From Candidatus Bathyarchaeota archaeon (lineage in GTDB: Archaea; Thermoproteota; Bathyarchaeia; Bathyarchaeales; Bathycorpusculaceae): a DNA stretch of 64,000 nucleotides. Position numbers and translations under genes: made by a program. Below are positions 8,698 to 17,334 of this stretch, piece after piece. The stretch is from contig CAWABA010000010.1 in the NCBI GenBank assembly GCA_963780185.1, positions 32,001-96,000 of the forward strand. Reading direction: 5' to 3'. The notes beneath the pieces were generated by a model that worked only from the letters and a program-made list of their open reading frames with translations, did not search any database and was not told the origin of the DNA. How positions within the stretch are numbered: the first letter of the stretch is position 1; the number at the start of each line of letters is the position of its first letter.

Positions 8698-11600
8698 TTA
8701 TTTTTTTTTTTGTCTTTTGAAGAATATGATTGTTATGGCTGCGGCTGTTGCGAGGAAAATTGGGGCGGTGGCGATTGGTGGAAACTCTGGCGCGGCAGGT
8801 GTTGGTGATTCGGTAAGTGTTCCTTTTGGCGTTTGGTCGTCGACGATTTGGTTTGGTGTAGATGTTGGCGTTGCGGGGGCTTGAAGCTGGGACATAATTT
8901 GTATCGTGTGGTTGGTCAAAATGTTGTTGAAGCTGTAATCGTTGGTGTAGGTGTTGAGGGACTTTTGGTTTCCATCTACAACAAGTGTTGTCAGCATGTA
9001 GTTGTTTTTTGCCAAGTAGCTAACTGCCTGTGAGCTGTTGTAAACAACAAAGTTTACTCCGGCAGGATAAATTAGGCTGTGAGCATCTGAAATTGCGTTG
9101 ATTGTGTAGGATGTGACGTCTAAAGTTGAGGTCGCTGTTTTGCCAGAGAACTCGGCGGTGACTGTCCACTGTCCGCCGTATTCGGCTGTATAAGTTGAGT
9201 TGTTCCAAGAACCGCTGGCGGATGCTGGTGTACTCCACGATGCGTCGACTAAGCCTAGGGTGTTGTTTTGAGAATCGTAAGCTGTTGCGTTGTAGGTGAT
9301 TGAGTAGAATCCCTTGATTGATGCTGTTGACGGAGCGATTATGAGATAGTCGATTGCTCCTGGGTTGACCCTTAACAACGTACTGTCTGTTCTGCCTGAA
9401 TAAGTTGCTGTGATGTTCCATGTGCCGACGTGCTGGCTGTTGTAGAGGTTGCCTAACCATGAACCTCCCGCCTCAGGCTCGGCAGCCCATGAAGCGGTAA
9501 CTGTCCCTAAGCTGTTGTTCAGGCTGTCAAAGGCTGTTGCCGTTCCAGTGATTGTTGATCCAGCCGTCGCTGTTGTTGGGCTAATTGTGCAATTGAAGTG
9601 GTCGAAAATGCCCGGGTTAACGGTTAAGGATGATGTGGCATTCTTACCAGAACACGTGCATGTGGCAACCCATTGGCCAGCGTATTGAGAAAGGTAAGTT
9701 CCCGTCGATTGGACCCAGCTGCCGCCAGCCGCGGAACTTATGCTCCAAGAAGCAGACTCGTTGAATGATCCTAAGGTGTTGCCGTAGGCGTCATAGGTTG
9801 CGAAAGCATATTTCTGTTGTGCACCGGCGGTTATTGTTGCTGAACTGGGCGAGATTGTTAAGTGGTCGAAGCCTGCGGTATTTGTGCTCATTATTACTGA
9901 TGCTGAAACTCCCGTGGCAGAGTCTACCGTTGAGATTGTGTTCGGGCCTGCGGTTTTTAGAATGAATCCTGAAAAGTTATGTTGCCCGTTGTCATCGGCT
10001 GCGAACCTGTATTGGTCGGTTGAAGAGTAAGGTAAGAGTGCTTGGCTGTCGCTTGAAGTGAAGTAGACTGAGCCATTGTATGCTGTGTCAATATTGTCGT
10101 TTGAGTCGCAGGCGGTTACAATCACGGAATCAAAACTTGTTCCAGCAGTGGTTGATTTTGGCGAACTAATTATGAAATGATCAAGAGTGTTTGGGTAAAC
10201 CGTGATTTCTGCGCTTTCAACAGTGTATGTTCCGTCTGAAACCGTTATCGTTTGGGTTCCGCTTGTAAAAAATTCAAATGCGTTTGTGAAGACGCGCGTT
10301 CCATTATAGTAGGTTGTGAATGCAAAGGGGTTGCTGTATGTAAAGGGCAATGTGGCGTATTGATCGGATGAGCCAAAAGAAATTGAAGCGTTATATCCTG
10401 TCATTACGTTGCCATAGGAATCATAGGCAGTCACGGTTATAGGTCCCAGTATGGTGCCAGCAACTGCGGAGCTGGGTGCAGATATTGAAAGATGCCCAGT
10501 TACTCCTGGGTCAGAGTATGTTTCGAGGAGTCCGACGCCATATCCATACCAGATGCTGTATTGAATATCGCTTGTGAAAGTAAATAAATAGTATTTTCCG
10601 TTTATGTCAACGGGGATCGTCCAAGGGTTATAACTCGTGGAGTTATCCCAGAAAGAAAAAGACCCAAGCGGAATTCCGGTTGTCGCGTTATAGTACATGC
10701 CGTTAGACGTGCTTAGGTATGGCGTGTTTCCCATGAAAAAGAATCCGCATCCTTCTCGTCCAGAGCATGAAATGTTTAGGTAAACATTTGTCCATGAATT
10801 CAAATCAGAAGATTCTGTTAAATGGGGGTAAACTGAACTCCAGCCTGCATTGCCGTTTGTGTCAATGAAATATAGGTACCATTCTGAACCGATTTTATAC
10901 ACGACTGGATCGTATGTGGAGTTGTTTGTAACTGTTGAAAGTGTTACTTGCGAGCTGTCTTGTATTATTTGTACGTTTTGCGGAGTTAATGGGTTAAACG
11001 GTAATATTGCTTGGTAAAGCATGAGTTTGCTGTCTAGGTCGTTGCTTCCCCAGGTGACGAAGAAGTCGTGCCATGTTTTTGTGTCTTGGTCGAAAAATAT
11101 GTTTCCTGCGCCATCGCAGAATATCCCTTCTTTTCCAGTTCCTTTATCGGTTCTGTTGTAGTAAAGCATCGAGATAATGTATAGTTGATTGCTTGTAAGG
11201 TTCCATGAGACTACGCCTTGAACGGTTTCTCTTATTCCGTTCCCGCCGAGGTCTACAGTGTAGTAAAGGCAATTTTGGAAGAGAACGGGTTGCCCAGTGG
11301 CGTAAGTTATTGGGCGTTCATCTCTGTATGTTAAGCCGTTGGAGTAGAAAGCTGTGAAGCTTGTGATTGTTAGGGACGTCATCGAAGAGACAAAGCCGCT
11401 TCTCCACGCATACTGCGTCACTGCAAATCTCATGTCCCAAAATATGTTGTGTTCAAGGTTATCGTCGCACACTTGGTTCCAATTTTTCCCGTCAGTTGTA
11501 TAGTAACCCACGGCGTTTTTTCCTTGAAGAACAAGCGCCATTGTAAATGGACAGCTAACGGCGGAAATGGTGGACATAACCGTCCAAGCCGAACCGGAAA

Positions 11601-12063
11601 CGTTTTGAATTAAAGACCACGTGTACGTACCAGGGTTGTATTCCAAGGCAACGTAGTTTGATGGGTCTTTGTAAATGTGGATGCCGAATTGCCCAGTTCC
11701 TAAATACGATGTTACCGTTGTTTTTGCACAGAGGTTGCAGACTTCAAAGGGCGCTGACTTTGAGGCCATTATGAATGCTGAGCCATTCACTGTTGCCGAC
11801 CCAGTTGAGATTGAGAGTGTGCCGTTGCCCAATATTGAATAGTTTGATTCTGAGTTAGTTTGAAATTTATCTGTGTAAACTGGGAACCCGTTTCCAAGGT
11901 TAGGTAGGAAACTTGCAATCTTCGAAAAATTCATATCTGAGGGATTATTAGCCGGGGACGCCGCAGTAACATTCTCGATTTTAAGTAATCCGTAAAAAAC
12001 ACTGGGAAACAATACGGACAAAGCAATAATCGTCAATATTCTTTTCTTTTTTGACCCATTCAA
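8698..12063 (-). CDS. Large cell-surface protein: lectin-like N-domain, putative 5-bladed beta-propeller, Ig-like repeats, PEF-CTERM anchor
   Basis: Signal peptide; repeats of type AYDSYGN/ACDSNDN/AFDSLNN/AYDSQNN; PT-rich linker; C-terminal APEFP + hydrophobic helix + KRQKKK. Confidence 0.85.
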   Translation of the reverse strand: MNGSKKKRILTIIALSVLFPSVFYGLLKIENVTAASPANNPSDMNFSKIASFLPNLGNGFPVYTDKFQTNSESNYSILGNGTLSISTGSATVNGSAFIMASKSAPFEVCNLCAKTTVTSYLGTGQFGIHIYKDPSNYVALEYNPGTYTWSLIQNVSGSAWTVMSTISAVSCPFTMALVLQGKNAVGYYTTDGKNWNQVCDDNLEHNIFWDMRFAVTQYAWRSGFVSSMTSLTITSFTAFYSNGLTYRDERPITYATGQPVLFQNCLYYTVDLGGNGIRETVQGVVSWNLTSNQLYIISMLYYNRTDKGTGKEGIFCDGAGNIFFDQDTKTWHDFFVTWGSNDLDSKLMLYQAILPFNPLTPQNVQIIQDSSQVTLSTVTNNSTYDPVVYKIGSEWYLYFIDTNGNAGWSSVYPHLTESSDLNSWTNVYLNISCSGREGCGFFFMGNTPYLSTSNGMYYNATTGIPLGSFSFWDNSTSYNPWTIPVDINGKYYLFTFTSDIQYSIWYGYGVGLLETYSDPGVTGHLSISAPSSAVAGTILGPITVTAYDSYGNVMTGYNASISFGSSDQYATLPFTYSNPFAFTTYYNGTRVFTNAFEFFTSGTQTITVSDGTYTVESAEITVYPNTLDHFIISSPKSTTAGTSFDSVIVTACDSNDNIDTAYNGSVYFTSSDSQALLPYSSTDQYRFAADDNGQHNFSGFILKTAGPNTISTVDSATGVSASVIMSTNTAGFDHLTISPSSATITAGAQQKYAFATYDAYGNTLGSFNESASWSISSAAGGSWVQSTGTYLSQYAGQWVATCTCSGKNATSSLTVNPGIFDHFNCTISPTTATAGSTITGTATAFDSLNNSLGTVTASWAAEPEAGGSWLGNLYNSQHVGTWNITATYSGRTDSTLLRVNPGAIDYLIIAPSTASIKGFYSITYNATAYDSQNNTLGLVDASWSTPASASGSWNNSTYTAEYGGQWTVTAEFSGKTATSTLDVTSYTINAISDAHSLIYPAGVNFVVYNSSQAVSYLAKNNYMLTTLVVDGNQKSLNTYTNDYSFNNILTNHTIQIMSQLQAPATPTSTPNQIVDDQTPKGTLTESPTPAAPEFPPIATAPIFLATAAAITIIFFKRQKKK

Positions 12064-12274
12064 ACCAGCAGTCCCTTGAATACATAAATGCCGAATAGTT
12101 GTTTAAAAGCCTAGACCTTATTTGCACCTATCCGTTTGTGCGCCTACAAAATCACGGTAGCTATTGTTGCAAACCTTAAAACGGCGTTGCGCAGGGTGAA
12201 CAAAACCCAAGTTGAATAGCATATAAATATTAGGCTGAAGCGACACCATCTAATCCTTATCCGATGTTGGTTCT

Positions 12275-12688
12275 ATGGATTGCAGACTGCAAGTTTTCAA
12301 GCTTGACTCGCCCGATGGCAACTTAGCAAAGACCTATCGCTTTGCCGTAGTGGATTTCAGCAGGTCTAAGAGTTACCCCGCGAATTTCGTCTGCATGTTA
12401 CCAGCCAAAGTTGACCAGGGAAAGGGAAAAATCGCAAACGTGTTCGGGACCCTTTTTGGAGACAGAAGCTTAGAATTGGCTGTAGGCTTGTTGAATGACG
12501 CTCTCAAAAGCGAGAGCGACGCTGAAGTTAAAACGGAGATTGAAAGAAGACTCAAGCTCCTTGACCCTAAGCAAGCTGGCTTAGTTGAATGTAGTTTGTG
12601 CAAAAAAACTTTCAGACCCCCCAAAATGAGAAAGTACAAACAACATTACTGCCGCGAATGCTTCCGAAAACGATTTGCCGTGCGATAA
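12275..12688 (+). CDS. Hypothetical protein with C-terminal CxxC-x16-CxxC zinc finger
   Basis: CSLC...YCREC basic tail; TATA-like ATATAAAT upstream. Confidence 0.8.
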   Translation: MDCRLQVFKLDSPDGNLAKTYRFAVVDFSRSKSYPANFVCMLPAKVDQGKGKIANVFGTLFGDRSLELAVGLLNDALKSESDAEVKTEIERRLKLLDPKQAGLVECSLCKKTFRPPKMRKYKQHYCRECFRKRFAVR

Positions 12689-12753
12689 TCATTTCAAACA
12701 GCGTGAAATTGCCTCGGCATTTATTTAAGTGACAGGTTGTTGCTGATTTATTC

Positions 12754-12999
12754 ATGAAAATCGTGAAAGGCTGGAAACGTATAAGCAATAAAGGCGGATT
12801 TGTTAACGAGGTAACTGGGCAAACCCTGATTATTGCAAAGCAAGAGTTCGGGGCGCATTATCACGTGCTTCTTTTTAGCCAAGAGCGAACCGATGATAAA
12901 CAAGGCAACAAGATTTCTCCCGAGTATTCAAGCGAAGATAAGGCTGAAGTTTTTGCAATGAACTGGATGAAGAAAAATCCGAATGGAATAAATTCGTAA
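12754..12999 (+). CDS. Small hypothetical protein (81 aa)
   Basis: ATG about 25 bp after TTATTTAA (leaderless layout); plausible composition. Confidence 0.7.
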   Translation: MKIVKGWKRISNKGGFVNEVTGQTLIIAKQEFGAHYHVLLFSQERTDDKQGNKISPEYSSEDKAEVFAMNWMKKNPNGINS

Positions 13000-13076
13000 A
13001 AGAATAGGTTTTTTCAGTTGCGCCAAAGCTTTTTGCTTTGGTTCGTTCAAAAGTCCACTGAAAAAATCCGGAGGGT

Positions 13077-13208
13077 TTAAGCTTCTTTCTTCTTGATGGT
13101 GTCAACGTAGTTTTTCTTGCCGGTCTTCTTTCTATAGGTGCAATTGAGTCGAACTGATGATTTACATCTACGACAGTTTTTAACTAGGCCTGCTCTTAAG
13201 ATACACAT
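13077..13208 (-). CDS. 43-aa basic 4-Cys microprotein (not in the ORF track)
   Basis: MCILRAGLVKNCRRCKSSVRLNCTYRKKTGKKNYVDTIKKKEA*; GAGAGGT SD-like site upstream; T-rich tract after the stop. Confidence 0.6.
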   Translation of the reverse strand: MCILRAGLVKNCRRCKSSVRLNCTYRKKTGKKNYVDTIKKKEA

Positions 13209-13268
13209 ACTATTTTACCTCTCTAATTTTTGGGTTTTTCAAGAAAAGAATCAATTATTCAATTAGTG

Positions 13269-13335
13269 CCAATCCAACAGGATAAGAGAAACTCTTCAGC
13301 ATATTGGAAAGGTTTCTCTTCCTAATAAAGATTGG
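13269..13335. promoter_or_regulatory. Long imperfect stem-loop in a divergent intergenic region
   Basis: Nested arms CCAATC/GATTGG, AGG/CCT and AAGAGAAAC/GTTTCTCTT. Confidence 0.5.
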
Positions 13336-13582
13336 AAAAAAAACCTTGATTTTGCCAAAGAAAAACGCAGATTTCTCTTTTTTTCCAAAAGAATCAAAAA
13401 ATAATTTCTTTCAAAGTTTTAAGCCAGAAAACGCAGTTTTCAGGTGAATAACCTAATATAGGCGCGGGTGCCTTTTAATAAGATATTAGAATTCTTTAGA
13501 GGAAGAGTCAAACCTAACCGACTGCTTTTTCTCCAGATTATTCTGATTATAATGGCTAGAAGCCATATTTGGGTATGTAAAA

Positions 13583-13888
13583 ATGGGTAAAAGAAAAATT
13601 ACAAATGAAGGCAACCTTGACAGTATGGTTCTACCTTCCCCGAACGACGTTTTGGGTTTGGCCGTAAAAATGCTCGGTGCTGACAGAATCATGGTGAAAT
13701 GTCAGGACGGAAACGAACGGTTATGCAGGATCAGGGGTAAGCTGAAAAGACGTGTATGGATAAGGGAAGGCGACATTGTTTTGGTTTCTCCCTGGGACTT
13801 TCAGCGTGAAACTCGCGGGGACATTTTCTGGCGATACAGGAAAAACCAGTCCGATTGGCTTAGAAACCACAACTATCTGACGCTGTAG
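13583..13888 (+). CDS. eif1a: Translation initiation factor aIF-1A
   Basis: KMLGADRIMVKCQDG, RLCRIRGKLKRRVWIREGDIVLVSPWDFQ, GDIFWRY. Confidence 0.97.
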   Translation: MGKRKITNEGNLDSMVLPSPNDVLGLAVKMLGADRIMVKCQDGNERLCRIRGKLKRRVWIREGDIVLVSPWDFQRETRGDIFWRYRKNQSDWLRNHNYLTL

Positions 13889-13906
13889 AGGGGCTGCAAG
13901 ATTATT

Positions 13907-14071
13907 TTGAAATGTACCGAATGTGGAAACACATTCCAAAGAGAACGGCTGATTGATTGCGAAGTGGTTAGCTGCCCCGTTTGCGAGGCTAATTACAAAG
14001 CGGTAGTTAAAGATGGAAAAGTGCACTTGGTAGACTTGGTCTTTGAAGAACAAGACCTTGGCGAATTATAA
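13907..14071 (+). CDS. LysW/ArgW-like zinc-finger protein, 54 aa, non-canonical C-terminus (not in the ORF track)
   Basis: TTG start: MKCTECGNTFQRERLIDCEVVSCPVCEANYKAVVKDGKVHLVDLVFEEQDLGEL*; two CxxC and an acidic tail resembling EDWGE. Confidence 0.75.
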   Translation: MKCTECGNTFQRERLIDCEVVSCPVCEANYKAVVKDGKVHLVDLVFEEQDLGEL

Positions 14072-14092
14072 AGTAAAGTGAGGTGAATGTGA

Positions 14093-14629
14093 ATGGGTAT
14101 GGAAAACAAAACTAACTTCATAATTGCCGTAAACGGCTATAAACTCGTAAAGAAAGAGAAAAACGCGGATTTTACTGATGTTACAGTTACAGATAATTTG
14201 AATAAAAAGGTGCTTTTACGGGAAATCGAGCCGTTGAGCAACGAATGTGTCGTCATCAACGATGTTAAGAACATGGCCGAGTTAATCAAACGTGACAGCT
14301 ACGACTCAGCTTTCTTGATAAGCAAAAAGTTTACTGAAAACGCCGTCAACGAAATGGTAAAACAGAATATTCAGCATGTTTCAGATGATTATATGCCTCC
14401 TTTTGAAATTGAAAAGCTGTACCAAGCAATAGTTGATTACGCAAACAATCAATGTCTAAAGAAATGCGGAAAGCTTTCGTTAATTGTGTCTGATTGTACA
14501 GAAAAGAAGACCGCTGACATCTGCAGAATAAGATCGCTTGCCAACAACGCGAAATGCCACTTTGAACAGCAACTGGTCGGTTTACTAAAAAACGACCTCA
14601 AGATGGCTTTAGCTATCACAAAATCATAA
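14093..14629 (+). CDS. Hypothetical protein, possible degenerate Mrr/restriction-endonuclease-like fold with Cys-rich tail
   Basis: Pattern DVTV...VVINDVKNM...SAFLISKKFTENAV...NIQHV recalls Mrr_cat; no intact (D/E)xK; C-x3-C...C...C...CH tail. Confidence 0.55.
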   Translation: MGMENKTNFIIAVNGYKLVKKEKNADFTDVTVTDNLNKKVLLREIEPLSNECVVINDVKNMAELIKRDSYDSAFLISKKFTENAVNEMVKQNIQHVSDDYMPPFEIEKLYQAIVDYANNQCLKKCGKLSLIVSDCTEKKTADICRIRSLANNAKCHFEQQLVGLLKNDLKMALAITKS

Positions 14630-14763
14630 TTTTTTCGATTTGTTCCCTATCTATCTATTTTTTGGCGTAACCTTATGAAAAGGTTTAAGTCGGTAAGGAA
14701 ACACTATGGTCACGTTAATTAAAACGCTATTTTTCATAGCAAAAATTAACAGGACAAACAAGT

Positions 14764-14988
14764 ATGTCTGAACGCGAACGCTCCTCAACTGAAATAAAAT
14801 GCAGCGACTGTGGTAAAACCGCCGTTGTTCCCTTTAAACCGACAGCAGGCAAACCAGTTTATTGCCGAGAATGCTTAGGCAAGCATAGAACTCCCCGAAC
14901 GGAAATGGGCGGCAAAAACGAAACTAGGCCTCCAGCCCCTGAAAATGAAAAACAGGCTTGGTCTAGACGACGAGAAAGTTGGAAATAG
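14764..14988 (+). CDS. CxxC-x17-CxxC domain protein
   Basis: CSDCGKTAVVPFKPTAGKPVYCREC matches the family spacing exactly. Confidence 0.9.
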   Translation: MSERERSSTEIKCSDCGKTAVVPFKPTAGKPVYCRECLGKHRTPRTEMGGKNETRPPAPENEKQAWSRRRESWK

Positions 14989-14993
14989 AGTTT

Positions 14994-15275
14994 TTATCCT
15001 ATTAATTGAACCAGTGTTCCTATGGCTTGGCCTGGGACTGGTGGTACAAACTTTACTCTAACGATTCCGTTTCTTCCATGGGTTCCAACGATTTTTCCAT
15101 TATGAGTTTTCTTACCATTTATCCAAATTACTTTTTGCCCGATGAGTCTTCCAGCAGTAGAAATAGAACTTATGCTGTTAAATTCAATTAAGCATTCTTT
15201 TGGTTGTTGAGCCCTTATTCCAATCCGATAATTAGTTATTCTACCAATAATCTTCTGAGACAAAATATTCACCAA
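14994..15275 (-). CDS. rpl35ae: 50S ribosomal protein L35Ae (eL33)
   Basis: GRITNYRIG..Q, LIGQKVIW, GKIVGTHGRNGIVRVKF...PGQAIG. Confidence 0.93.
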   Translation of the reverse strand: MVNILSQKIIGRITNYRIGIRAQQPKECLIEFNSISSISTAGRLIGQKVIWINGKKTHNGKIVGTHGRNGIVRVKFVPPVPGQAIGTLVQLIG

Positions 15276-15450
15276 TTACCTCTTTGTAGGGAACACATGC
15301 ATTTAAAGATGCTCAATTTGAAGAGGAAAAGGAATGGCGGCGCAGTAAACAAGAAAATGGCAAGGTGACGAAAAGGATGTTGTCTTCAGTAGCCTTGCGG
15401 AGTCTGAACAAGGGCATCAAATGACTGATTTATTCGATTGATGCGTTTGC

Positions 15451-15741
15451 TTAAAAATAACTTTTCGGGTCAATGGCTGAGAGGGGGTGGTTAGAAATGA
15501 TAAAGTTTCCAACTTCCAATTGCAAGTTTAGTTCTTTTTCTGCAACAAAATCCGCTAACAGCTTGTATAAGTCAACGCCAAGCGTTTTCCTTTCAACGAA
15601 CAAGACAAAGCCGTCTTCCGCCGTGTCCAGCATCTTAACATCTATGCCACAGCTGGCTTGGATTTCACCCTTAAACTTCATCGCGTTAGATAAATTCAAC
15701 GTTGATTCTTCTAGCCAGACATACACAGTATGTGGCTGCAT
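15451..15741 (-). CDS. Hypothetical protein (96 aa)
   Basis: ATG start, globular composition, divergent from aIF-2alpha. Confidence 0.65.
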   Translation of the reverse strand: MQPHTVYVWLEESTLNLSNAMKFKGEIQASCGIDVKMLDTAEDGFVLFVERKTLGVDLYKLLADFVAEKELNLQLEVGNFIISNHPLSAIDPKSYF

Positions 15742-15835
15742 TTATGTAGCATAGTAACTAATTGAATCTTTCGTTAGAATTTTTTGCAAACTAGCCAATA
15801 TACTGTTATATAGCATAATTAACAGTAGTACTGAT

Positions 15836-16624
15836 ATGTCAGAACATAAACTTGAATGGCCCGAATCCGGCGACCTCGTTATCGCAACTATTGAAAGCGT
15901 CATGGATTACGGAGCCTACGCTAATCTGGATGAATACTCAAAAAGGGGTTTTCTTCATATTTCTGAAATCTCCAGCGCCAGGGTAAGAAACGTTCGTGAC
16001 TATGTTCGTGAAAAACAGAAAATGGTGCTTAAAGTTGTCCATGTGAACCTTGAGAAAGGCCACATCGACTTATCCCTGAGACGTGTTACAAAACGCGAAA
16101 GAATCGAGAAAGTAAAAGCTTGGAAAAAGGAACGCAAAGGCGAAGTGCTTTTGAAAGCAGTCGCTGAAAAAGTAGGCATGCCGGTTGAGGAAGTCTACGA
16201 AAAAGCAGGCACAATTCTGGAAGAAAGATTCGGCTTGTATGAAGGCTTTGAAGAAGTGCTTAAAGAAGGCGTAGAAGCCTTAACTAAACTTGGGATACCT
16301 GAAGACATCGCTAAAGCTTTTGCTCAGGTTGCTGAAGAACGTATTCATATAAAGTTGGTGAAGGTTAGAGGCGTTTTGGAAGTCCGCTGCATGAAACGAA
16401 ACGGCGTCGGATGCATCCGAGACGCATTCACAAGTGCAAAGAAAGCAATTAAAGCTAAAGACGCTAAAATCGAGTTTTCCGTTATTGCTGCTCCCAAATA
16501 CAGCGTGGAGGTTTCAGCGGATAATTGGAAACGTGCTGAAGATTTGCTTGATGAAGTGAGCCAAGGCGTGGTAACAAACATCACTGAAGCAGGCGGGCAC
16601 GGCTCCTTTAAACGAGAAAAATAA
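15836..16624 (+). CDS. eif2a: Translation initiation factor aIF-2 alpha
   Basis: S1 domain YGAYANLDEY, LHISEISS, KGHIDLSLRRV; C-terminal AAPKY; TTATATAG promoter upstream. Confidence 0.97.
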   Translation: MSEHKLEWPESGDLVIATIESVMDYGAYANLDEYSKRGFLHISEISSARVRNVRDYVREKQKMVLKVVHVNLEKGHIDLSLRRVTKRERIEKVKAWKKERKGEVLLKAVAEKVGMPVEEVYEKAGTILEERFGLYEGFEEVLKEGVEALTKLGIPEDIAKAFAQVAEERIHIKLVKVRGVLEVRCMKRNGVGCIRDAFTSAKKAIKAKDAKIEFSVIAAPKYSVEVSADNWKRAEDLLDEVSQGVVTNITEAGGHGSFKREK

Positions 16625-16628
16625 TGGT

Positions 16629-16973
16629 GTGAACATGAGAGAGACCAGCGATAAGATAGTATGGGGAAAAGTTGACAAAATCGGCAAGGGCACCCGAGCA
16701 AACTATGATCCTGACAAGAAAACAATTACTTTCTGCTTCAACAGGAATCTGGAAACATCAAGCGAGCAACTGAGAAAACTTCGGGAAACCCTGATGAAAG
16801 AACTCAAAGAGTTGGGTTACGCCAGCCGCATGAAATACAACGGCGAAGTTGTTGTTGAAAACGTTGAGCAAGAAAATGTGGCTCTTGTAACAGAAAACCA
16901 CAAACTCGTAATCCGCATCAACAACAAGCAATCAGCCGAGAAACCAAGCGACGCTTCAGAAAAGCCAGCTTAG
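16629..16973 (+). CDS. Hypothetical protein coupled to aIF-2alpha
   Basis: Starts 4 bp after the eif2a stop; followed by T-tracts. Confidence 0.7.
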   Translation: MNMRETSDKIVWGKVDKIGKGTRANYDPDKKTITFCFNRNLETSSEQLRKLRETLMKELKELGYASRMKYNGEVVVENVEQENVALVTENHKLVIRINNKQSAEKPSDASEKPA

Positions 16974-17095
16974 TTTTTCAATTAAATTGTTTTCTTTCGT
17001 CTTCAGTTTTTCATTTTAAGTTTTAGCTCTTGGGGCTTAATGCGCTTTTATTGAAAAATCTTTTAAGCGTGACCACAATATAGCATGCTGATACT

Positions 17096-17161
17096 ATGCC
17101 ATCTCTAAAAAAGAAGAATGCTAACAAAAAAGCAAAGCATGAAGCTAAAACGGGCAAGTAA
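17096..17161 (+). CDS. Putative 21-aa Lys-rich peptide
   Basis: MPSLKKKNANKKAKHEAKTGK*; BRE/TATA-like GAAAAATC-TTTTAAGC about 30 bp upstream. Confidence 0.4.
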   Translation: MPSLKKKNANKKAKHEAKTGK

Positions 17162-17334
17162 GGTTTTCAACCCAATTTGCTCTTTTCCTTGAGTGCAAAA
17201 AAAGGAACCCTCAATACAGCGGTGCTCCTCTCACTGTTCTTACTAACTGGAGCTGCCGTTTCTTTTTCTTTAAAGATTAGAAAAAACTCTGGGGAAAATG
17301 CGCCATTTCCCGCGAAGAACGTCAGTTGTGTTAT

